Positions 1-4,975 of a DNA stretch of 5,019 nt are shown here, piece after piece (within the stretch, counting starts at the first letter, position 1; each line of letters opens with the position of its first letter). The DNA is taken from IMG/VR virus record IMGVR_UViG_2534682234_000013. The stretch is one strand, 5' to 3'. The DNA comes from a virus (taxonomy: Duplodnaviria; Heunggongvirae; Uroviricota; Caudoviricetes). The notes below the pieces were generated by a model. That model saw only the letters and a program-made list of their open reading frames with translations. It did not search any database and was not told the DNA's origin. A program made the position numbers and the translations under genes.

Positions 1-87
1 CTTACCTTTCACGCGAACGCTGCCAGTTAATACTGACCCAGCTGGTTATGGCGGGTCTGGCAGACTATCAGTTTGGTTGTTACAGAC

Positions 88-114
88 GCCTTCAGTCCTG
101 AAGGCTTTTTATTT
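88..114 (+). terminator. Rho-independent terminator-like hairpin with T-tract (possible tR'-like or upstream-gene terminator)
   Basis: Inverted repeat GCCTTCAG (88-95) / CTGAAGGC (98-105) gives a 7-8 bp stem with a very short loop, followed directly by TTTTTATTT (106-114). It lies between the end of an upstream reading frame and the methyltransferase start. Assignment as a lambdoid tR' is inference; the late promoter is not visible in the window. Confidence 0.45.
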
Positions 115-199
115 GTGGTAAATGGGCGGCTGGTGGGTGTAAGGGGCACCCACCAGCCATCTGCTCATGCGTTGGGTTCACAAGCAAACCTCAGGCCCA

Positions 200-218
200 C
201 TGCTTTGCGCAAAAGCAG
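200..218. promoter_or_regulatory. 19-bp near-perfect palindrome CTGCTTTGCGCAAAAGCAG in the methyltransferase 5' leader
   Basis: Arms CTGCTTT (200-206) and AAAGCAG (212-218) are exact reverse complements around a GCGCA core. No T-tract follows, so it is not a typical intrinsic terminator. It sits ~33 bp upstream of the ATG at 251, suggesting an operator or leader RNA hairpin. Confidence 0.25.
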
Positions 219-250
219 AATGAGCCTATCAGAGACAGGCTTAATGATCC

Positions 251-1309
251 ATGCTTAATACTGTAAAAATATCCAGTTGTGAGTTAATCAACGCCGACTG
301 CCTGGAATTTATGCGGTCGTTACCCGAAAATTCTGTTGACCTGATAGTCACGGACCCGCCGTACTTCAAAGTGAAACCCGAGGGCTGGGATAACCAGTGG
401 GCGGGTGATGAAGATTACCTGAAGTGGCTGGACCAGTGTCTTGCGCAGTTCTGGCGGGTGCTGAAACCTGCCGGAAGTCTTTACCTGTTCTGTGGCCATC
501 GTCTGGCATCTGACACCGAAATCATGATGCGTGAGCGGTTTAACGTGCTGAACCATATCATCTGGGCAAAGCCGTCCGGACGCTGGAACGGGTGCAACAA
601 GGAAAGCCTGCGGGCGTATTTCCCCGCCACAGAGCGCATTCTGTTCGCAGAGCATTATCAGGGGCCGTATCGTCCGAAAGATGCCGGGTATGAGGCGAAG
701 GGTAGGACACTGAAACAGCATGTGATGGCCCCGCTGATTGCTTACTTTCGTGATGCGCGCGCTGTCCTGGGGATAACGGCAAAACAGATTGCAGATGCCA
801 CAGGAAAGAAAAACATGGTGTCGCACTGGTTCAGTGCCGGTCAGTGGCAGCTGCCGAACGAAAGCGATTATCTGAAATTACAGGCACTGTTTGCCCGGGT
901 GGCAGAAGAGAAGCATCAGCGGGGTGAACTGGAAAAGCCCCACCACCAGCTGGTGGATACGTATGCCTCTCTGAACCGACAGTATGCGGAGCTGCAGAGT
1001 GAATATAAGCATCTGCGGCGGTATTTCGGTGTGACGGTGCAGGTGCCGTACACCGATGTGTGGACGTATAAACCGGTGCAGTACTATCCAGGGAAACATC
1101 CGTGCGAAAAACCGGCAGAAATGTTGCAGCAGATAATCAGCGCAAGCAGTCGTCCGGGAGACCTGGTTGCAGATTTCTTCATGGGGTCGGGGTCGACAGT
1201 GAAAGCAGCGATGGCGCTGGGACGTCGTGCAACTGGCGTTGAACTGGAGACTGAACGTTTTGAGCAGACGGTGCGGGAAGTACAGGATTTAATCATTCGT
1301 AACGGATGA
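251..1309 (+). CDS. Phage orphan DNA methyltransferase, beta-class N6-adenine/N4-cytosine family (PF01555-like); target site unknown
   Basis: 352-aa ORF. N-terminal motif IV 'DLIVTDPPYF' (aa ~31-40) preceded by a conserved 'ADCLEFMRSLPENSVDL' region; C-terminal AdoMet-binding motif I 'FFMGSGST' preceded by 'HPCEKP'. The order IV -> target-recognition region -> I defines the beta group of amino-MTases. No adjacent restriction endonuclease ORF. Start at 251 chosen because the conserved N-terminal region begins immediately after it; the Shine-Dalgarno is weak. Confidence 0.9.
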   Translation: MLNTVKISSCELINADCLEFMRSLPENSVDLIVTDPPYFKVKPEGWDNQWAGDEDYLKWLDQCLAQFWRVLKPAGSLYLFCGHRLASDTEIMMRERFNVLNHIIWAKPSGRWNGCNKESLRAYFPATERILFAEHYQGPYRPKDAGYEAKGRTLKQHVMAPLIAYFRDARAVLGITAKQIADATGKKNMVSHWFSAGQWQLPNESDYLKLQALFARVAEEKHQRGELEKPHHQLVDTYASLNRQYAELQSEYKHLRRYFGVTVQVPYTDVWTYKPVQYYPGKHPCEKPAEMLQQIISASSRPGDLVADFFMGSGSTVKAAMALGRRATGVELETERFEQTVREVQDLIIRNG

Positions 1310-1349
1310 GATTGCGGAGTTAATCATGCGTCGTTATTATTCAGCAATC

Positions 1350-1425
1350 GGCCCTTTAGCTCAGCGGTGAGAGCGAGCGACTCATAATCGCCAGGTCGCT
1401 GGTTCAAATCCAGCAAGGGCCACCA
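1350..1425 (+). tRNA. ileZ: tRNA-Ile (anticodon CAU, lysidine-type; reads AUA), phage-borne ileX-like copy
   Basis: Manual cloverleaf: acceptor GGCCCTT (1350-1356) pairs with AAGGGCC (1415-1421); D-arm GCTC/GAGC; anticodon stem AGCGA/TCGCC with loop CTCATAA (anticodon CAT at 1383-1385); T-arm GCTGG-TTCAAAT-CCAGC; discriminator A plus encoded CCA (1423-1425). Very similar to my recollection of E. coli ileX. The name ileZ follows the usage I recall for Stx-phage tRNA clusters and is not verified. Confidence 0.85.
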
Positions 1426-1426
1426 A

Positions 1427-1492
1427 CCGCCACTAGCTCATCAGGAAAGAACGTCACCCTGTGCGAGATTCGGAGTCCCCGGTGGCGGTCCA
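1427..1492 (+). pseudogene. Truncated/degenerate tRNA-like element (tRNA remnant at the position where a tRNA-Arg 'argN' sits in Stx-phage clusters)
   Basis: 7-bp acceptor-like complementarity CCGCCAC (1427-1433) / GTGGCGG (1482-1488), then T + CCA (1489-1492). 'TAGCTCA' (1434-1440) matches the U8-A9-D-stem start of both flanking tRNAs. The element is only ~63 nt before CCA, and I could not fold a canonical anticodon arm or T-arm; the T-loop-like TTCGGAG lacks complementary stems. Likely non-functional or highly atypical. Confidence 0.35.
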
Positions 1493-1505
1493 TTATCGGT
1501 ATTCT

Positions 1506-1582
1506 GCGTTGTTAGCTCAGCCGGACAGAGCAATTGCCTTCTAAGCAATCGGTCACTGGTTCGAATCCAGTACAACGCACCA
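1506..1582 (+). tRNA. argO: tRNA-Arg (anticodon UCU; reads AGA, possibly AGG)
   Basis: Manual cloverleaf: acceptor GCGTTGT (1506-1512) / ACAACGC (1572-1578); D-arm GCTC-AGCCGGACA-GAGC; anticodon stem ATTGC/GCAAT with loop CTTCTAA (anticodon TCT at 1540-1542); variable loop CGGTC; T-arm ACTGG-TTCGAAT-CCAGT; discriminator A plus CCA (1580-1582). The name argO follows recalled Stx-phage nomenclature and is not verified. Confidence 0.85.
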
Positions 1583-1869
1583 CACCACACTTATCTGCCC
1601 TGACTCTCTTTTGCGGGCTTTTTATTACAGGAAAGACACCGGACAGTGAAATGTTAAATGCCTCACAATTCAGGCAGTTGACTGTTGCCTGACATGCTGA
1701 GCGTTTGTTAAAAAAATCCTGCATGATGAATCCCCCTGAGCGGCGGGGCATAATGACAGATGTTTGGTTGCGTATTGTATAGGCAAGTTGCGGATTCTGT
1801 CTGGTCATTGCAGAATTCACCGGGAGGCACCCGGCATCATGCTGTATACAGAGATTAGGCATATATCTA

Positions 1870-1894
1870 GGCTTCTCATCGCAGGAGCCTTTTT
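1870..1894 (+). terminator. Intrinsic terminator-like hairpin with T5 tract (+ strand)
   Basis: GGCTTC (1870-1875) pairs with GGAGCC (1884-1889) as a 6-bp stem including one G-U pair, with loop TCATCGCA, followed by TTTTT (1890-1894). Confidence 0.4.
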
Positions 1895-1900
1895 ACATGC

Positions 1901-1926
1901 AAAAAAAAGCCCGAGTGGGTTCGGGC
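1901..1926 (-). terminator. Intrinsic terminator oriented for the minus strand (hairpin GCCCGA/TCGGGC followed on the minus strand by U8)
   Basis: On the + strand: AAAAAAAA (1901-1908) then GCCCGA (1909-1914), loop GTGGGT, TCGGGC (1921-1926). Read on the minus strand this is a GC-rich 6-bp hairpin followed by TTTTTTTT, a canonical rho-independent terminator. Nothing T-rich follows it on the + strand. Confidence 0.45.
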
Positions 1927-1986
1927 AACAGCATGAGATACTTGCATTGTCATTTTTATCGTGTGGATTTTAACCAGGGTTTATAA

Positions 1987-2018
1987 GGCTGCGCAACTGC
2001 GCGGCCTTTTTCGTTTTG
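1987..2018 (+). terminator. Strong rho-independent terminator upstream of the esterase gene
   Basis: GGCTGCGC (1987-1994) / GCGCGGCC (1999-2006) form an 8-bp GC-rich stem (one G-U) with tetraloop AACT, followed by TTTTTCGTTTTG (2007-2018). It lies ~90 bp upstream of the ATG at 2106. Confidence 0.6.
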
Positions 2019-2105
2019 CGGGCTGCGGTTCTCCTCTTTTGATTCTCCTTGTGGCCGGACCGTGGCCCGCAACTGTTGAGGAAAATCCCGGAAAGGGGAG
2101 GAATA

Positions 2106-4043
2106 ATGACATTTAAACATTATGATGTTGTCAGGGCGGCGTCGCCGTCAGATCTTGCGGAAAAGCTGACACACAAACTGAAAGAGGGCTGGCAGCCGTT
2201 TGGTAGTCCTGTGGCCATAACCCCTTATACCCTGATGCAGGCGATTGCCGCGGAGGGGGATGTGACCACGCCAGTGGTTGTGCCCGGCACGGGGGATGGT
2301 GGCTATCCGGGAGTGGTCACCACGGAGCCAGATTATTACTACGTTATTCCACTGGCCGGGCAGTCGAACGGCATGGCTTACGGTGAGGGGCTTCCTCTGC
2401 CGCAGACATATGACCGTCCTGACCCGCGTATAAAGCAACTGGCTCGTCGCAGCACAGTGACGCCGGATGGCGCTCCCTGTAAATATAACGACATTATTCC
2501 GGCAGACCACTGTCTGCATGATGTACAGGACATGAGCCGTCTTAACCATCCGAAAGCTGACCTGTCGAAAGGTCAGTACGGAACCGTGGGGCAGGGGCTG
2601 CATATTGCCAAAAAGCTGCTGCCGTTTATACCGGCGAATGCGGGTATTCTTCTGGTTCCGTGCTGCCGTGGTGGTTCAGCTTTCACCACCGGGGCAGATG
2701 GAACATACAGTGACGTGACCGGTGCCTCAGAGAGTTCTACCCGCTGGGGTGTGGGCAGGCCGCTGTATAAGGATCTCATCGGTCGTACAAAAGCCGCGCT
2801 GGCAAAGAACCCGAAAAATGTGCTGCTTGCCGTGGTGTGGATGCAGGGGGAATTTGACTTTGACGGAACGCCAGCAAATCACACAGCCCGTTTTACAGAA
2901 GTAGTGGAACAATATCGTACGGACCTTGCAGATATGGTGGGACAGTGCGCTGGTGGTTCTGCTGACGGTGTTCCCTGGATATGTGGAGACACAACTTATT
3001 TCTGGAAGCAGAAGAGCGAATCCACTTACCAGACGGTGTACGGCAGTTACAAAAACAAAACGGAAAAGAATATTCACTTTGTGCCGTTCATGACCGATGA
3101 GAACGGAGCAAATGTCCCGACGAACAAACCGGAAGAAGACCCGGATATTCCGGCATCAGGATATTACGGTGCGGCCTCCCGGACGTCGGCAAACTGGACG
3201 TCAGCAGACCGTGCGAGCCATTTCAGCTCATGGGCACGCAGGGGGATTATTTCTGACCGTCTTGCCTCAGCGATTCTTCTCCATGCAGGACGGACGGCTG
3301 AACTGGTGGGTGGGGAACAGGTTGTGATGCCGCCGGATGAGAAGCCGTCACCGGACACACCATCAACACCGTCAACGGACGGGAAATCAGTGACAACGCT
3401 GCTTTATTACCGTGCAACAGAGTCAGGTGGTTTACTGAATCCGCAGGGATGGGGAGCTGAAGGAGGGCGTGCATTGGTAGTTGATGATGCAGGTGCTGCA
3501 GGAGGTAAGGCGCTGAGGTGGACCAAACAGACAGGAAGTTCCTCGTGGTTTATGCAGCATGATGCCGGTAATGGCGCAGACCTGCTGGAGAAGGGCGGGC
3601 TTATCAGTTGTCGTTTTAAAGTTGATGGCACACTGACAGCTAATCAGTACGCACTGGCGCTGTACTGGCCGGTTTCTTCACTGCCTCAGGGCGTCACACT
3701 GGAAGGTAATGCCGGTCATAACCTGCTGGCGTCGTTTTACGTACAGAGCGATGCCACAGACCTTAATGTGATGTACCACAAGGGAAATGCTGGTCAGAAC
3801 ACGAAGCTGGGGTCATTCGGCGCATTTGATAACGAATGGCATACGCTGGGCTTCCGTTTTGCCGGTAACAACAGTATTGAGGTGACGCCGGTCATTGATG
3901 GTAAGGACGGGACGCCGTTCATGCTGTCACAGTCACCGGTCGGCACGTTTACGGCAGACAAATTGCGCGTGACCGATATCACTAGCGGTGCGACATATCC
4001 GGTGCTGATTGAAAGTATAACAGTGGAAGTGAATAACCCGTAA
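2106..4043 (+). CDS. nanS-p: Prophage-encoded sialate (9-O-acetyl-Neu5Ac) O-acetylesterase, NanS-p type: N-terminal DUF1737-like region, SGNH/SASA esterase domain, C-terminal domain of unknown function
   Basis: 645-aa CDS. Start ATG 2106 preceded by strong SD GGGGAGG (2095-2101); the six-frame ORF extends upstream to a TTG at 2049 with no RBS. 'PLAGQSNGMAYGEG' contains the GQSN block of SGNH-type sialate O-acetylesterases with the presumptive nucleophile Ser. The N-terminus 'MTFKHYDVVRAASPSDLAEKL...' matches my recollection of the NanS-p paralogs encoded downstream of stx in Stx phages and in stx-negative lambdoid prophages of EHEC. A Pro/Ser/Thr linker 'PPDEKPSPDTPSTPSTDGKS' separates a ~220-aa C-terminal domain. 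Function is inferred from motif and synteny. Confidence 0.8.
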   Translation: MTFKHYDVVRAASPSDLAEKLTHKLKEGWQPFGSPVAITPYTLMQAIAAEGDVTTPVVVPGTGDGGYPGVVTTEPDYYYVIPLAGQSNGMAYGEGLPLPQTYDRPDPRIKQLARRSTVTPDGAPCKYNDIIPADHCLHDVQDMSRLNHPKADLSKGQYGTVGQGLHIAKKLLPFIPANAGILLVPCCRGGSAFTTGADGTYSDVTGASESSTRWGVGRPLYKDLIGRTKAALAKNPKNVLLAVVWMQGEFDFDGTPANHTARFTEVVEQYRTDLADMVGQCAGGSADGVPWICGDTTYFWKQKSESTYQTVYGSYKNKTEKNIHFVPFMTDENGANVPTNKPEEDPDIPASGYYGAASRTSANWTSADRASHFSSWARRGIISDRLASAILLHAGRTAELVGGEQVVMPPDEKPSPDTPSTPSTDGKSVTTLLYYRATESGGLLNPQGWGAEGGRALVVDDAGAAGGKALRWTKQTGSSSWFMQHDAGNGADLLEKGGLISCRFKVDGTLTANQYALALYWPVSSLPQGVTLEGNAGHNLLASFYVQSDATDLNVMYHKGNAGQNTKLGSFGAFDNEWHTLGFRFAGNNSIEVTPVIDGKDGTPFMLSQSPVGTFTADKLRVTDITSGATYPVLIESITVEVNNP

Positions 4044-4048
4044 GCAGG

Positions 4049-4096
4049 AAAAAAAGGCCGCCGGGGCAGGGAAAACAAGGAGCCAGAACCGGCGGC
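4049..4096 (-). terminator. Hairpin with adjacent A7 tract on + strand (minus-strand-oriented terminator-like structure), just 3' of the esterase stop
   Basis: AAAAAAA (4049-4055), GCCGCCGG (4057-4064) ... CCGGCGGC (4089-4096); 8-bp GC stem around a ~24-nt loop with possible inner GGC/GCC pairing. On the minus strand the hairpin is followed by a U-run. No T-tract follows on the + strand, so it is unlikely to terminate the + strand late transcript. Confidence 0.3.
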
Positions 4097-4126
4097 AAAT
4101 GTCGTTATATCCAAAGCAAAACATGC

Positions 4127-4155
4127 AGGACACTTTTTTAACCAACAGGTATTAA
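4127..4155 (+). promoter_or_regulatory. Candidate sigma70-like promoter upstream of the small-ORF/holin block
   Basis: AGGACA (4127-4132; matches the GACA of TTGACA), 17-bp spacer, TATTAA (4150-4155; 5/6 to TATAAT), ~35 bp upstream of the ATG at 4191. Weak -35, hand-scanned only. Confidence 0.25.
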
Positions 4156-4190
4156 CGATGTCAACACCATATCAATAACCGGGAGGGATA

Positions 4191-4373
4191 ATGAGATTTG
4201 TACAGCTTATTTTATTGTATTTCTGCACGGTGGTGTGCACGTTATATCTGGTAAGTGGCGGGTATAAGGTTATCCGGAACTATATACGCAAAAAGATTGA
4301 TGCCGCGGCGGCGGAAAAAATCAGCGCCAGCCAGTCAGCCGGAACAAAACCCGAAGAGCCTCTCATTTCGTAG
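4191..4373 (+). CDS. Small (60 aa) single-pass membrane protein, unknown function
   Basis: ATG 4191 preceded by strong SD GGGAGGG (4181-4187, 3-nt spacing to ATG). N-terminal hydrophobic segment 'FVQLILLYFCTVVCTLYLV' followed by a basic juxtamembrane stretch 'YKVIRNYIRKKIDAAAAEK' and a polar tail. No family recognised. Confidence 0.55.
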   Translation: MRFVQLILLYFCTVVCTLYLVSGGYKVIRNYIRKKIDAAAAEKISASQSAGTKPEEPLIS

Positions 4374-4410
4374 CAACTTTCTTAACAACACCTTTCAACG
4401 AGAAAATCCC

Positions 4411-4680
4411 ATGTCAGAAATAAAATCTCTGGTCACTGCTGAAGCAGTGAAGGACGTCCTGCGCTCTGAAGAAGTCAGAAGCGCACTGAAACAGCAACTC
4501 CGCCAGAATCTTGAGGCGCGTCTTGATGCTGAAGTGGATGCCATTCTGGATGAGCTGCTGGGGGGACCGGCTGCTCCTGAGCCTGAAGACGGCGCGGGTG
4601 ACAGTGCTGTTTCAGATGGCGTTGTGTCTCAGCCTGACGGTAGCAGTGAGCCTCAGCCTGGCGGCGAAATGATGATGTAA
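4411..4680 (+). CDS. Small (89 aa) highly acidic protein, predicted N-terminal helix plus disordered Pro/Asp/Glu/Ser-rich tail; unknown function
   Basis: ATG at 4411 with weak purine-rich SD (GAGAAAA). By my count 19 Asp/Glu versus 7 Lys/Arg. The six-frame ORF extends upstream to 4255, but that extension overlaps the 4191-4373 ORF in another frame, so the internal ATG is preferred. Coding status not certain. Confidence 0.5.
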   Translation: MSEIKSLVTAEAVKDVLRSEEVRSALKQQLRQNLEARLDAEVDAILDELLGGPAAPEPEDGAGDSAVSDGVVSQPDGSSEPQPGGEMMM

Positions 4681-4755
4681 CCATACGCAGGGGCTGTCGG
4701 TGTGAGCTGATGCCCCTCCTGTTGTTGTGAGCTTCCGGATTGCGGGAGACGGGGT

Positions 4756-4971
4756 ATGTACCAGATGGAAAAAATCACAACGGGTGTGTCATACACCACG
4801 TCAGCGGTGGGGACGGGATACTGGTTACTGCAGCTGCTGGACAAAGTCTCTCCGTCCCAGTGGGTGGCGATAGGTGTGCTGGGGAGTCTGCTGTTTGGCC
4901 TGCTGACGTATCTGACTAACCTGTATTTCAAAATCAGAGAGGACCGTCGTAAGGCGGCGCGGGGAGAGTAA
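4756..4971 (+). CDS. S: Class II holin, phage 21 S (S21/pinholin)-like, with dual-start motif (Met1, Met4)
   Basis: 71 aa '[10 protein letters not shown]...[36 protein letters not shown]'. The C-terminal half closely matches my recollection of the phage 21 S holin. Two hydrophobic segments and a charged C-terminus; SD GGAG (4745-4748) 7 nt upstream of ATG 4756; second in-frame Met at codon 4 (4765). Followed 4 nt later by the next ORF (translationally coupled). Confidence 0.88.
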   Translation: MYQMEKITTGVSYTTSAVGTGYWLLQLLDKVSPSQWVAIGVLGSLLFGLLTYLTNLYFKIREDRRKAARGE

Positions 4972-4975
4972 AGCG

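Noticed and set aside
1-121. Possible 3' end of an upstream gene (e.g. a Q-like antiterminator) entering the window
   Set aside because: Three + frames are open from the window edge, with stops at 28-30, 99-101 and 119-121; no start or recognisable motif is visible, so neither frame nor product can be assigned. The stop at 28-30 best fits the terminator at 88-114, but this was left unresolved rather than called.
73-258. 61-aa ORF on + strand
   Set aside because: No RBS, spans the terminator hairpin and palindrome, overlaps the methyltransferase start, and has no protein-like features; likely spurious.
320-826. 168-aa minus-strand ORF (and 558-782, 878-1099, 1084-1296 minus ORFs)
   Set aside because: All lie entirely antisense within the methyltransferase CDS, which has clear catalytic motifs; typical shadow ORFs.
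1597-1624. Possible terminator right after tRNA-Arg (GCCC...GGGC with TTTTTA)
   Set aside because: The stem is only ~4 bp with a 14-nt loop; the T-tract is real but the hairpin is too weak to call.
1512-1862. 116-aa minus-strand ORF
   Set aside because: Its 3' part runs antisense through the tRNA-Arg gene (1506-1582), and it has no RBS; spurious.
1764-1973. 69-aa + strand ORF in the tRNA-to-nanS-p gap
   Set aside because: Starts at a TTG without a Shine-Dalgarno and reads through two terminator-like hairpins; composition not protein-like. Treated as noncoding, though a small peptide cannot be fully excluded.
2049-2105. Upstream TTG extension of the nanS-p ORF (664-aa version)
   Set aside because: The ATG at 2106 has a strong, correctly spaced SD (GGGGAGG) and begins the conserved N-terminus; the TTG at 2049 has none and lies just after the terminator.
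1583-2105. Shiga toxin (stxA/stxB) genes or fragments
   Set aside because: Synteny suggested looking for them, but no ORF of appropriate size or any stretch I recognise as stx-like is present; the window is stx-negative.
2148-3631. Multiple minus-strand and off-frame + ORFs (2148-2603, 2573-2779, 2722-2904, 2727-3077, 3097-3327, 3164-3358, 3247-3474, 3407-3631) plus 3794-4114 and 3933-4145
   Set aside because: All are embedded in or antisense to the nanS-p CDS or its 3' end, and none has independent support.
4255-4410. N-terminal extension of the acidic ORF (141-aa version)
   Set aside because: Overlaps the better-supported 60-aa membrane ORF (strong SD) in a different frame; the internal ATG at 4411 was preferred. 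Still uncertain.
4475-4931. Minus-strand ORFs 4475-4684 and 4653-4931
   Set aside because: Antisense to the acidic ORF and to the well-supported holin; shadow ORFs.
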